Shown: one piece after another, positions 11,328-24,284 of the stretch
Layout of the letters: the number at the start of each line of letters is the position of its first letter
Numbering within the stretch: position 1 is the first letter of the stretch
Assembly (NCBI GenBank): GCA_032718475.1
Contig: JAUCBJ010000951.1
Span: forward strand, 1-37,039
Source: Nemertoderma westbladi
Taxonomy: Eukaryota > Animalia > Xenacoelomorpha
Direction of reading: 5' to 3'
Length of the DNA: 37,039 nt
Position numbers and translations under genes: made by a program
The notes under the pieces: model-generated
What the model was told of the DNA's origin: nothing
Seen by the model: the letters and a program-made list of their open reading frames with translations, nothing else
Database searches by the model: none

Positions 11328-11950
11328 CCGATGTGGTACCGATTGGGTCCGATGTGGTACCGATTGGGTCCGATGTGGTACCCATAAGGTCCGATGTGAT
11401 ACCGAGTTGGTACCGATTGGGTCCGATGTGGTGCCGATTTGTTACAATGTGGTACCAATGTGGTACCGATTGGGTCCGATGTGGTACTGATTTTCTTATT
11501 ATTTTGGTTAATGCAGCATACATGTAACTGTAAGCGCAACCTGTTCTTTTACTTTATTTTGTTTATTTGTCAGTTTATTAATGTTTAATAATTTGGCATA
11601 ATGATATACTGTAATACCCAAAAAATATCAACATCTAGGAGAAGAGTATTTTGTACTCTTGATGACATTTGAATTCCCAATACACTGTATGGTTTATGAA
11701 TGCCATGGCGTTTTATCACCGAACATCTAACTGTCAATCGAAAGAGACATTGTAGTAACACGATATGCGATCCGAGGATTCAATCATGCAACATATTCTT
11801 CCACCAATCGGAATGGACTGTGGAGTCGTCTGGGATCTCTGGATCATGTGCGGTATCGATTAGGTCTGACCGGGTCTGATGTGGTAGCGATTAGGTTCGA
11901 TGTGAACCCGATTGGATCCGATGTGGTACCGATTTGGACCAATGTGGTAA
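11328..11950 (+). repeat. 21-bp minisatellite blocks (11328-11490; degenerate block ~11850-11950)
   Basis: Repeated CCGATGTGGTACCGATTGGGT. Confidence 0.9.
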
Positions 11951-12000
11951 CTCTATCCTACACACTTATTTTAATTTATTTTGTGTATTTTACGATCACT

Positions 12001-13246
12001 ATATATACAATAGGATTCTATTAAATCGCATCAGGGATCCCATTGAGAGACTGCTCCGTGGAAATCAGAATGGGTTCCGTAAAGGTCGTGGGACCATGGA
12101 GCCCATTTTGGCACTTAGAAGGATAATTGAAGAGTTATCAAAAAAGAAAGACAGGCATCTGGCTGTTATCTTTGTTGACTTCTTCAAGGCCTTTAGGCCT
12201 TTGATTCCGTCTCTCGCTCACGTATGTTCAGCATACTTTCATTATATGGGATTCCTGATGAAATTATTGCAGCAATCAGATCAGTATACGATAGTTCGAC
12301 AACATTTGTGTCTACTGTTGACGGTGACACAGAACCATTTGAAGTGTTATGGGGCGTCCTCCAAGGAGACACACTTGCACCATTCTTGTTCATTATTGTA
12401 GTTGACTATGTTCTACGCATGTCCTTAGATCATTATAATGATGATGGGGTGATGATAACTCCACCTACTGGCTCCAGAAGTCGAGGAAATCCTGCCAAGT
12501 ACCTAACTGATCTAGACTTTGCTGATGACTTAGGAGTACTCTCAGAATCATTAGAGGGAGCCCAACGGCTCCTCAGCTCATTAGAACATGCTGCTTCTAG
12601 TGTTGGTCTTCTTATTAACTCCAGAAAGACCAACATTCTGACAGTTAACTTTGAAAGTCCTCAGCAAGTCTGATCGGATGAGCATAAGCTCAAAGGATGG
12701 TATGCTTGAGCATGTGGACGACTTCTGTTACCTGGGATCATGGATCCGGAAGTCAGGTGAGGACCTTCGAATACGTAAGGGAAAGGCATGGGCAGCCTTG
12801 AATAGGCTTTCCAGGATTTGGAAGTCACCGAGAATTAATCGGAAACTTAAGGTCCGATTATTTAGAGCAGCAGTAGTTCCAGTACTCCTCTATGGGAGTC
12901 CATGCTGGGCTCTAACTGCTGAGGACACCAAATCTCTGGATGGCACATTCACAAGAATGCTACGCCGGGTTCATTGTGTCAAGTACAATGCACACATCTC
13001 CAACCAGACACTATATAACATTGGAGGTGTCTCATTGGTTCCAGGTTCCCCCAAGCTTGACACTAGAACAAAATCGCCTCCACTTTGCAGGACATTGCTT
13101 TCGCCGTGAGGACCAGCCAGTGCATAATCTTGTACTTTGGCAGCCTCATGGAGTGAATAAGCATGGTGGACAGCCCATGACTTTCTTGAGACGCATCTTA
13201 AAGGACACTGGCCTTGAAGATGCGGATGATCTAGCAAATGTCATGG
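12001..13246 (+). pseudogene. 5'-truncated RTE-clade non-LTR retrotransposon reverse transcriptase
   Basis: QNGFR, FVDF.KAF, GVLQGDTLAPFLF, FADD, FCYLGS, VLLYG..W. Frameshifts include an 8-bp duplication AGGCCTTT at 12187-12202. Confidence 0.92.
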
Positions 13247-13369
13247 CCCAGCAAAGTCACATCCTTCGAAATTGCTACTAATATGCTGCTAATTTGATCG
13301 AAATAAATTTTCTTCGAAATTATCAGCATTTTCGCCGTCTAAATTGTCTGATAATTCAGTCTACAATTC

Positions 13370-13900
13370 GTAGGATAAATTATCCTTCTAAACGAAGGAT
13401 AAATTCGAAGACTATTCGAAGGTTCTGAAGATTTAGCTAGTTTTTAGCCGGCAAATAGAAGGATAAATATGCCTACTATTCGCCGGATAAATTATCCTTC
13501 TAAACGAAGGATAAATTTGTAGACTTTTCGAAGGGTGGATGAATTGATAATTTTTATCCTTCGTTTAGAAGGATAATTTATGCTGCTATTCGAAGGATAA
13601 ATTATCCTTCTAAATGAAGGCTAAATTTGTAGACTTTTCGAAGGGTGGATGAATTGATAATTTTTATCCTTCGTTTAGAAGGATAATTTATGCTGCTATT
13701 CGAAGGATAAATTATCCTTCTAAATGAAGGCTAAATTTGTAGACTTTTCGAAGGGTGGATGAATTTATAGTTTTTATCCTGCGTTTAGAATGATAATTTA
13801 TGCTACTATTCGAAGGATAAATTACCTTATATTCGAAGGATAAATTACCTTCTAAACGAAGGATAAATTTGTTTGTAAAAAATAAACTTTTCGAAGGTTG
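13370..13900. repeat. 110-bp subterminal tandem repeat with internal inverted repeat
   Basis: Period seen at 13511/13621/13731. AAATTATCCTTCTAAACGAAGGATAAA pairs with TTTATCCTTCGTTTAGAAGGATAATTT. Confidence 0.85.
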
Positions 13901-14802
13901 GATCATTTAGCTTAGTTTTGTTTAGTTATGCATAGTTACTGTATGTTATGTTTTATCCGGCAAATTCTGAGAGTAAAATAATAATTATATACTGTAGTTA
14001 TGCCTACTAATAATCCGAATATTTTTTTATCTGGGGACCATATTTAGCAGTAAATTAGTACAAAGTTATCAGTTCTTTAGAATTGTCTATTATATAATAA
14101 TATATAATCTGAAGCAAAGAAAATTGATCTATATTATGTCCAGTGCCATTCATATTGTTTTATGAAATAAATCCATTAATTACTGTGTGATGCTGTATCT
14201 GTCCTTAAAGGTGCGGAAATCCATGTATCCAGAGTCTGCAGATCTGAGTGTATGGCAGAGCTAGAGGTAAAGGCGATGTCCATACTGCCCTACTGTATGT
14301 TACTGTCAGAATGTCAGACACCTGTAAAAACGAGACTACATTATCTGACTACAGTACTGTATGTCTTTCAGGCAGTCAGGGAAATCCTGGGGACAAACAA
14401 CGCACATATTTTTTCAGTATTAATACGTGTACTATATCCGAAACTGAAAGTTTTAAAGAATGTATCCTTTTATACTACAGTATAACGATACAGAAACTAT
14501 TTACTCTACTGCTCTATACTGTATAAAATTTATTCTTAATTAATAATTATTTTTAATCTTTTTTTTAATATACAAGTTTTAATACAGTATTTAACATTTT
14601 AATATTCAGATATTTTCTTGCTATCATGCGCCCCGGTCAGCCTGTACAATCAGCACGTCGCACATCAGCACATGTACACATGTAACTAACAGTACAACAT
14701 ATCGCAGCGCAGTTGGAAGTTCCGTACCTGCTGACCCGTACCGTATTTTTTCGTTGGAATACATATACTGCAGCACACTGTTAGATCTTAGACTGAACAC
14801 TG

Positions 14803-14853
14803 AACCCACGACCTCCAAGAGATGTGAATTCAATGCAACCAGTACACCAAGGT
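14803..14853 (-). mobile_element. tRNA-derived SINE head fragment
   Basis: Near-identical to 28330-28392. Confidence 0.55.
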
Positions 14854-15335
14854 CTCTTTGATTAAGAAAATGAATTAAATAATTATTGAATGCTTTTAAA
14901 ATTAATGTTGTAATTTAGTGTCGTAATTCAAAAACATGATACCCCCCCCCCCCCCCCCTTCCCTAACTTTTATACAAATTTTAATGAATAGCATGATATG
15001 GAACAGAGTTACAGTAGTTTCACCTCCCTCATCCGTAGTAACTGAGACAGAATTTGTATTTTTGCTTTTTATTCTTTAGCAACAAGCGTTTGAAAAAAGT
15101 GTCACCGGCGACGATAACATCACCAGTCCCATCTCAGTTATTCAACCTTATATTAATTTGTTGGTTCTGATGGAAAGCTGACCATGCAACGATTCCAAAT
15201 ATGTAAAAAACTTAAATTTAGAAAATACAGTTGCTGAGATATGCGCTTTCGAATGTTGAATGTTTTTTCACGGCGCAAGGCTATTTTTATATTTAATAAA
15301 TAAACCATGTTCTAGAACATGATGTAAAAACGTAA

Positions 15336-15849
15336 CTAGGGGGTGTTCGATAAAGTATGTCACGCACTAGGGGGGGGGGGGGGGGGGGGGGGGTGTCGAC
15401 TTTTGTGACGGTTACGGCGATGTTCTAGGCTTTAATGTTAGCTTGACTTTGACTTAAAACATACTGTATGTGTAGATGAGTGGGTAACTTTAAGGACAAC
15501 AATACACTCAATAATATTGAGTATAATCGATAAATTGAGGAGGACATAGAAACCTATAGATGGCCACTTGACTTGTCAAGTGGGGAAGGGAAATGTAGAT
15601 ATATATAGTGCTTGAATTTATATTGTATTTTGGTATAACAAACATTGTGTATTATTGATATAAAATATTTATTGTTTGGGAGACGGGGTATTGTTTGGGG
15701 GGTATTACAAATTTACCAATGAAACAGAGGGGCGAGAGGTGGGGCTCGAGCTTGCGTGACATTTTGAAACAGAGCGGGGTGGGGGGGGGGGGGGGGTGGT
15801 CAAAAATCGGGAAAATTTGCGTGACATACTTTATGAACGCCCGCCCTAG
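15336..15849. mobile_element. MITE with poly-G tracts
   Basis: Imperfect TIR CTAGGG..GTTC(G)ATAAAGTATGTCACGCA at both ends, flanked by the direct repeat AACGTAA. Confidence 0.75.
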
Positions 15850-16921
15850 AACGTAACTGAGGGTTCAGATTCACTTTCCAGAAGAAAGACTTATTACTAC
15901 TGTGAACAATTCGTATCTGGGAATTTAAATTCGTACTGTAACTGGGAACTGAAATTTGAAACCGGAATTTCAGATTTGTAAATCTGATGAGCATTCGCAG
16001 CATATGGTCATTTCCTTACCAGCCGAGCCGCTTGGTCCATTACTATGTAAAATATTATCAATTCTTTATATATGGCTGATAATTGATATTGATGTCTTCG
16101 AAAACGAAGATAAATTATCAGGCAAATAATGCATATTTTCGTCATCAGAGAAGCATAATTATTAATTAAATGCATCTAAATTTAATTAATTTTCATAGAT
16201 CCATCAACACGAATAATCTAATATGGCTGACAATATGGGAAATTATTTAAATTTCAACCAACAAATTCAAATTTTTCGATTATCACCTAAAGTTTCCATA
16301 GATACCCTCAAATATATATTGATTATATATTTCTCTATATACTCAGCCGCTTCCATTAATAAGTATATAACGTATTGTAGGATAGGGAAGTAGGGTGTAG
16401 GGTAGGATACGGTAGGCTACTACAGTAGGTATAGGCTAATACCCCCTCCCTCTTCACCAAAGCATCCACAGGCAGGTCCAGTGATTGTTTCAGTTACATT
16501 TTTTTTCTTCGAAAAATAGTATTTTTTATGCTTCGAAAATGCTTCTAATAATGTATGAAATTATCCTTCGAAAATGCTTCGTAAACTTCTAATTGAAGGC
16601 TAATAGTCTACTAAACGAAGCATTTTTATCTTCGAAATCATCCTTCGAAAAATGCTAAATAAACTTCTAATCGCAGGCGAATAGTCTACTAAACGAAGCA
16701 TTTTTGTCTTCGAATTATCCTTCGAATATGCTTCGTAAACTACTAATCGAAGGCTAATAGTCTACTAAACGATGGATATTTCTCTTCGAAATCCACCCTT
16801 CGAAACCTTTAAGAACATTGGAACCAAAAAGCCGGCTTTTATCCGGCGAAATTAGCAGGGTATTAGCCGGCGAAATTAGTAGCAATTTATCAGCGACTTA
16901 TCATGCTATGACTTTGCTGGG

Positions 16922-16975
16922 GGGTGATAGGGCAGTAGGGAGTTGTGGCGGTGCAATTTTGTTGACAAGCCGGCA
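16922..16975 (+). pseudogene. C-terminal remnant of the RTE ORF
   Basis: Joining across the insertion gives V-M-G-D-R, then E-L-W-R after an 8-bp extra segment, which is typical of RTE C-termini. Confidence 0.6.
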
Positions 16976-17502
16976 CAGCATTCTTAAAAATGCAGCTGCA
17001 ATGCAGCATGCCGATCCTAGTAGTAGTAGTTCATTGCCGGTTGACGGTAGGCCGACGGTAGGCCTACTCGTGGTATGTAGGCTGGCTACAGTCAGACAGT
17101 TACATGCTGCAGTGCTGTACCAGGAGCCGGGACTGGCCGACAGGGTACTGTAACATTCTGACATTGGTCAGTTGGTTTTTTGATTGACTGGAATGATTGC
17201 AGAATGGAGATCCACCTGATTCAGTGATTATGTGATTACAGCTACAGGCTGACAGGATTAGGCCCTACTGCCCTAGAATAGGCCTAACTGAATAATGGCT
17301 GCACAAATGGATAGAGTGAACACAGTTTTCGAAAACCAGGTTTGTATTGTACCATTTGCCATTCAGCCATTACAGCATTACCTACCATTACTGCATTATC
17401 CATTATGTATTGTATTACACTTACACATACTGACATACAGACATAGGCCTAGTCGCCTAGTTATAAACTTTTTATCATTTTCTGGCCATTTTTGGACCCA
17501 CA

Positions 17503-17621
17503 AGTCCCTAAAAGGTGCCACCCTGCTCCATCAGTCCATAGCGCTGGAAATTCAAATAATTGAAAGACATGTAATTTGTACTGCAGTACTGCAAAGGGTG
17601 GCAGATCAGATCTGCCACCTA
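17503..17621 (+). repeat. Dispersed repeat ending in a 23-bp palindrome; inverted copy at 26277-26387
   Basis: GGTGGCAGATC-A-GATCTGCCACC at 17597-17619 and the same arms at 26279-26301, with about 100 bp of adjoining homology. Confidence 0.8.
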
Positions 17622-17627
17622 CCGGTG

Positions 17628-20001
17628 CCTGTATGGAATCCATCCAAAAAGTGCGCCGGATAGCACGCCGACCAATTTTTATGCGCGCCACGAGCCGATG
17701 CCATTTCGAAGAAAAACCCTGCGCCGCCTAAATTTTTAAGCACGCCGATGCAATTTCGAAGAAACCCCACGCCAACTAAATCTTTAAGCGCGCCACACAT
17801 TGAAACAATTTTGAAGAGCGCCACGCTAATGCAAATTCAATTTTGAGGGAGTGTAACCAATCTGTCAATGTTAGTCAGTCAGTACTGCTGTACCAGTCTG
17901 CCAGTCCCTGCTGCCCTATACAACAGTTGCCTAACCATAACCACTGAACCATATAACAGAAAAAGAAAGGCGAGCGAAGCGAGCCGAAATTTTTAAACAG
18001 CTAATGCAATTTTTAAGGCACTTCCATAGCCTAATTGTTAAACCTGTAAACTAACAAATCGGCGCCGGTTTTTATTTTTGGGAGCGCCACGTGCCAAAGC
18101 CCCAGGTTGCAGAGTATGGCAGTTTTCGACCAGATCTGGTGCGTGCAGCAACGAATCACGCCGCGTGCAGGCGTGCAGCAGGCGTTATCAAGCGTGCAGG
18201 CATGCAGCAGGCGTCATCAAGCGCGCAGGCGTGCCTGTTGTTATAAGCAAAAAATCACCCCACGTTGCACGTGGTGCAGGCATGGCTTGAAAATTCATTA
18301 AAGTGATATCCTTATAAATATAATTGTGTAAAATTTTCTCAGCTCGCTTCGCTCGCCAATCAATTACAGCAACTGTCTCAACAGCTCAAAGCATACAAAG
18401 TGATATATCATCAGGCTGTCAGCGTCAGATATATACAGGCAAAGGAAGAACTCCAGGAAGCGTAGGAAAGTCCCCCCCCCCCCCCCCAAGTTCCAGGCAG
18501 CAAAGGAAGTGCAAAAATCGTGCGCATATTTGATATAGTGCGGGGTAAAAGCGTGTGGAATTGAAATAAAAGTGCGCGAAATTATGTGAAAGACAACAAA
18601 GGTGCGCAGTAATCTGTGCAAAATATCAAAAGTCATAAAGTGCGCGGACAGGCAGATGAGGTGTAAAAAAGTTAACATGAATGCAAAGTGCAAAGTGCAG
18701 AAGTGATACAAAAAAAACGAAAAAATTTCGCTCGCTTCGCTCGCGTTTCTTTGCATTTTGCATTGTCAGATTGCTCAAATGTCTAAATTTCGCTCGCTTT
18801 GAGTTTTGCTCGCGTTCTGGCGTTTCATTTTTCATTGTGAATTAAAAAATTTTGCTCGCTTCGCTCGCGTATGTTTTTCATTTTTTTTTTTGTTAAAATG
18901 TGGTATGCCTGTTTTTTTTGGTGCATGCGCGGTGGCGGTATATTGTCCAATATTGCGCAGCTGAAAAATTGTGCGCGGTTCAGTGGTGGTTTGCAGCCTG
19001 GCCCCAGTTCGACCCACAGCACAGCACGAACACACCCAGACACCCCCATCACTCACTCACAGCAGCACAGTCTGACAGTCGCACACACATGGCTGCATGG
19101 AATTCCGTCTGGTTAATGATTGTTGTTCACTAATGGTGAGCCAATCGCAGTGTCTCGCCCTGCGCCCGAGGGCCCCCGCCCCAGCACCACATAATAAAAT
19201 AGTCGTGTAGCAAAATTGTCTGATCACTGGGAGTCTGCAGTCTGGCTGTACAGGATCGTGAGTTTTTCATCGATTTATTCGCCCCTGCCTGCCAGCTGCT
19301 GATGTTATCATTATTATTATTTCTTATTTTATTGCACCTCTCCGCACATCATTCTTAAAAATGAACCTGCAATGAGGGAGCATCCCCGGCAGTCCTGTGT
19401 TTCTGTTTATGTACAAAAAATTTTCTTCTCGCTACGCTCGAGGTTTTTTTACTGATTGACTGATTGATGAAATTAAGGCCAAATCAATTGCCGTACTGGC
19501 TTAAATAAGAATAACTACTGGCAAAAATTATACAGTAATAATGCAGTAATGACTGAATGAGCATACAGTACAGGCAAAGGATGTGGACAGGTCCATGTGG
19601 GAGAGCAACAGGCATGGACACCTTACTGCCTTATAGTTATATCGGGCATTCTGGCATTCGGGCTCTACAGTCCAGTCTGCAGTCAGAGTCAGACGAGACA
19701 ATATTTTACTGCAGTGCATTTTTGTAGGCCAATAAATTTTTCAGGCGTGCACAACAAATTTTTAAGGCGTGTACTGGTCATTCAGGCGTGCACAACAAAT
19801 TTTTGAGGCGTGCACTGGTGCGTGCACTTGCCATACTCTGCAACCTGGCCAAAGCCGGCGCGCTTTACGATTTTCGAGCGCACCATGCGCCAAAGTCGGC
19901 GCGCTTTACGATTTTCGAGCGCGCCACGCGCCACATTGGCGCGCTTTTATTGCAAAGTGCGCCGGATTAATCCGGCGCAAAGTGTATGGATTCCAGTCTG
20001 G
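17628..20001. mobile_element. Non-autonomous DNA transposon with 8-bp TSD (copy 1)
   Basis: Imperfect TIR CCTGTATGGAATCCAT / ATGGATTCCAGTCTGG and TSD TACCGGTG at 17620-17627 and 20002-20009. GCGC-rich subterminal repeats. Confidence 0.85.
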
Positions 20002-20147
20002 TACCGGTGGCTGTTTGGGGCGGTAAATTCTAATCTGTTTTAACATTGAATACATGGATATTGAATAGAGTAAGACTAATGCAGTAGGCCTAATGTAATT
20101 CATTGAATCAGAATAAATTATTTCTTATAATACTGTAATAGCCTATA

Positions 20148-21184
20148 CCGTAATTCGGGGTGACTTGATACAGTTTTTGCCTTTAACTGTGAATATCTTC
20201 TGAAGTTTTTATCCTACACAGATGGAATAAAAAGAAAATTTTATAGTCGGGATGAGTACTACACCACTAGACTAACTGACTAAAGCACTATTTCAGTTGC
20301 TTAGTCAGTTAGTCTAGTGGTGTTTTTTCTTAAAAACCAGCTGTATCAAGTCACCCCACATAACGGGGTGACTTGATACACAAGAAAATTTTCCGCAATA
20401 ATACCTCTCTGTGAATGAGTTTGGATCATGTTGTAGGCTGTGGGGGTGTCTTGATACATCTTGGAAATTTTGAAAAAAGAACGAAGTCCCCACCTAACGT
20501 GGATATAAAATTATGGCTAAAATTAAAAATAACTCCATTTTTTATGGCAAAATATTTCATATTTAACAAGTTAAATTGAAGTTTAAAAACGAAAAAGACG
20601 TTCATTGCATTGTGACATCCAGTAAATAAGACAAAACATTTTAGAAAAAACTGCAAACTAAATCAATGAATTTAAGCACAAATTTTGCAAAATCAACGTT
20701 TAAGTCACAGGTATCAGAACATTTTTGCCTACAATATACCGTATGCCGTATATACTATATATATATACAGTATATATGTATCAAGTCGCCCCATTTTGAG
20801 ATACACTTTCAAAAAACGGGCACTCCACCCCCAATTCATATGAAAATTTGTAAATTTTTTTAGGATCATAATATTCAAACTCATCTATTAGCATCTGTAA
20901 AAATAATTTTTGAACAACATTAACCCAAAGTGTCAAAAATTCGACCTATAATTTGACATTGAAAAACAGTTAATTTTTGAAAAATGCATTTTTGGCTCTA
21001 GTGATCACAAATGCGAAGCAATGACAAAATTTATTTTACTATTTGATAGACAATTTATTCGGACATCTTCTAATATTTCAATTTTTATCATAACATCACG
21101 CAATCACCCACAATCCGTTAAAGAAAAAAATTATAACTTGCTGTATCAAGTCACCTCAATGTATCAAGTCACCCCGAATTACGG
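20148..21184. mobile_element. pogo/Tc1-mariner-type MITE
   Basis: Perfect 25-bp TIR CCGTAATTCGGGGTGACTTGATACA, TA on both sides, internal copies of the TIR motif. Confidence 0.92.
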
Positions 21185-21334
21185 TACAGGGATAGAAGTT
21201 AAGTCAAATCCCCCGACCCCCCCCCCCCCCCCCCCCCCCTCAATTTTAAATTTTGCTCGAAGTCCCGGAGTGCCGGACTAGTTAACCAGTCAGCTTAGTT
21301 GTTCACGTTCAGTAGGGAACATACAGACATACCC

Positions 21335-21679
21335 TTAAATAAGCTCCAAAAGTAGGTTCTTATTTAAGGAAAATGGATCTCGGATCATCTCCTTTATATC
21401 GATAGGGCATAAAGGGAATTTCCACTCCGTCACCTCCTTAATGACTCTCACAACATCCTTTTCCTCTTTATCCGTTAGTGCTGTTGGTGCCCCAACTTTC
21501 CCATCTTTATGTCTGTGGACATGGTTCCAAAGAGTTCCGTAAGGAATCTTATGGATTTCAGAAGCTTTCTTGACCGATGTCCCCTTCGAAATTGCTTTAA
21601 TTGCTGCTTCCATACTCTCTGGAGTATAATTTTGATAACAGCGTTTTCCTGGCTTCCGGCGTGTGTATGTCCGCACCAT
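21335..21679 (-). pseudogene. Truncated pogo-like transposase N-terminus (psq-type HTH, start of CENP-B-like HTH)
   Basis: YTPESMEAAIKAI..SVKKASEIHKIPYGTL..GAPTALTDKEE. A matching 5' terminus TA|CCGTCAACCGGGGCAACATTGATAC lies at 21998; no DDE domain follows. Confidence 0.8.
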
Positions 21680-22669
21680 GTTTAAACAACAGAGAAGTTA
21701 CCAGTATTGCAAGTGATATGGCCTTGTATTACAGTAGTACTTTATTATTATTAATATAATTATAGTTATTATATATAGTTATGTAGTTATTCGAGTCCGC
21801 TGGTCGCTACAGACAGACATATTTCTGTATTTAAGCAGATCAGTATACTAATACTGTAAATACATAAGCAGAATAAGTGTAACATTAAGGGCTATGTAAG
21901 CACGTTAAAAGCATATGATTTTAAAAATGAACAATTGTATCAATGTTACCCAACCCAATCAATGTTACCCCGGGTATCAATGTTGCCCCGGTTGACGGTA
22001 ATCGATTATCGACAACAACCACAAACTATTAAATTTAGAGTCTTTTACCACAGGCGCATATGGAAATCTTTCTCATCGTCCATAGACAGATAGACCAGAA
22101 ATCAACAAATTTTGAATGTTTTGGTATAGGGTAAACTAAACTGGGGTAATTTGGGACAAAATCGTCCTTTAAAGCTTTTTTCACAATCTTAAAAACATTT
22201 TTTTGATAATCCGACCTTATCAAGTATGCACCATGTAACCATTCTATCAAACGAATTACTTAATTTTTATTATCAAATAATTACCGGTAATTAGCATTTT
22301 TTAATTAATATTCATCAGTGTCCCAAATTACCCCAGCATGGGGTAATTTGGGACATAACATAAATCGAACAGTAGTAGCCCATTATAATTGACACAAACT
22401 TTGTTGAGAAATTGTACAATGCATCAATAAGCAGATAAGACCAAAAGTTGAGATTTTAGAGATTATTCGAGACCATCAGTACAACAGGTCTCCCGCTAGA
22501 GGGCTACATGTCAGACATTAATAAATGTCCTCCCATCTGCCATATCTTTGCATTTAATCCGACCAACAGACCATGCCTGTATGGAATCCATCCAAAAAGT
22601 GCGCCGATAGCGCGCCAACCAATTTTTATGCGCGCCACCACCGATGCAATTTCAAAGCAAACCCTACGC

Positions 22670-23445
22670 TAGGGCTCGATCGGAGTTGGGATTTGGCCGG
22701 AGCCGGAGTTGGACAATTTGGCCGGAGCCGGAGCAGGAGCCGGAGTTTTTCAAAAATTTTAAAAATTTAATTATTTATTTAAAAAAAATAAAGTATGGTT
22801 ATCGTTCGCCAATCTCTCAAAATCAATCATACTGTAGGTCTAATTAATTTCATAATTTATAGATTTACGAATTTTCAATTTAAAATTTAAGTAGGCCTAA
22901 TTAATTTATCACGGACAGACGGCCTGACGTGACGGCTAAAAATTACCTACAGTAGCCTACCTAACTCACTAACCGTGGTAGAGATGTGTACTGTACTGTA
23001 GGTAGCCTACCGTACGTGTACCAGTACTGCAGTACAGTATGCTGGCATGGCATGACAGCAGTAAATGGCTGCAGTGGTACAGCTACAGTGTACATTCATA
23101 GCATTTACAATTTTTTACAGTACTGCAGTAGGGCCTATCTGTAATAGTCTGCTAGTCAGCCAGCTGGCCAGTACCAGTACTGCAGTACAGTCAGTCAGTC
23201 ATTGACTTTAAGTAAATACTGCAGTACTGCAGTACCGGTATTATGCTTGATATTGAAGCTGTACTACAGTATACTTACTTCAGTACTTATAGTGTAAATA
23301 ATTGTTCAGATTAGAATATGCACGAAATATAATACTTTATTAAAAAATTAACTCCGGCAATATTTTTACCGGAGCCGGAGCAGGAGCCGGAGGTGCCAAA
23401 ATGGCCGGAGCCGGAGCCGGAGGCCGGAGCTCCGATCGAGCCCTA
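22670..23445. mobile_element. hAT MITE copy A
   Basis: TIR TAGGGCTCGATCGGAG, 8-bp TSD CCCTACGC, GCCGGA subterminal repeats. Confidence 0.93.
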
Positions 23446-23563
23446 CCCTACGCCAACGAAATTTTTAAGCGTGCCGCACATTTGACAGTTTGAAACAATT
23501 TTGAAGAGCGCCAATTGCCAATGCAATTTTGAAGGAGTGTAACCAGTCTGCCAATGTCAGTAC

Positions 23564-24284
23564 TAGGGCTCGATCGGAGTTGGGATTTGGCCGGAGCCGG
23601 AGCCGGAGTTGGACAATTTGGCCGGAGCCGGAGCAGGAGCAGGATTATTTATTAAAAAAAAATAAAGTATGGTTATCGTTCGCCAATCGCTCATAATCAA
23701 TCATACTGTAGGTCTAATTAATTTCATAATTTATGGATTTACGAATTTTCAATTTAAAATTTAAGTAATTAATTTATCACGGACAGACGGCCTGACCCTG
23801 ACGGCTAAAAATTATCTATAGTACCGGTACCTAACTCACTAACTGTGGTAGACAGGTAGATGTGTGTACTGTACACGTACAGCTGTAGGTAGGCTACCGT
23901 AGGTGTACCAGTACTGCATGCAGTACAGTATGCTGGCATGACAGCAGTAAATGGCTACAGTGTACAACCATAGCATTTACAATTTTTTACAGTAGGGCCT
24001 ATATGTATGTCTGTAACAGTCTGCTAGTCAGCCAGCTGGCCAGTACCAGTACTACACTACAGTACAGTTACTCAGTCATTGACTTTAAGTAAATACTGCA
24101 GTATTATGCTTGATATTGAAGCTGTACTACCCCTACTTATAGTGTAAATAATTGTTCAGATTAGAATATGCACGAAATATAATACTTTATAAAAAAAATT
24201 AACTCCGGCAATATTTTTGCCGGAGCCGGAGCAGGAGCCGGAGGTGCCAAAATGGCCGGAGGCCGGAGCTCCGATTGGGCCCTA
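23564..24284. mobile_element. hAT MITE copy B
   Basis: Same family as copy A; 8-bp TSD GTCAGTAC. Confidence 0.92.

Larger units (their letters stand above)
13247..16921. mobile_element. Non-autonomous CACTA/EnSpm-type DNA transposon
   Basis: 13-bp TIR CCCAGCAAAGTCA / TGACTTTGCTGGG, 2-bp GG duplication, TTCGAAGGATAA-type subterminal repeats at both ends. Removing it restores the RTE frame. Confidence 0.8.

Noticed and set aside
11296-11539. Short ORFs over the 21-bp minisatellite
   Set aside because: Repeat-derived and open in several frames.
17295-20103. Numerous 60-130 aa ORFs
   Set aside because: They lie mostly within a non-autonomous element's GC-rich repeats, overlap on both strands and show no recognisable domain.
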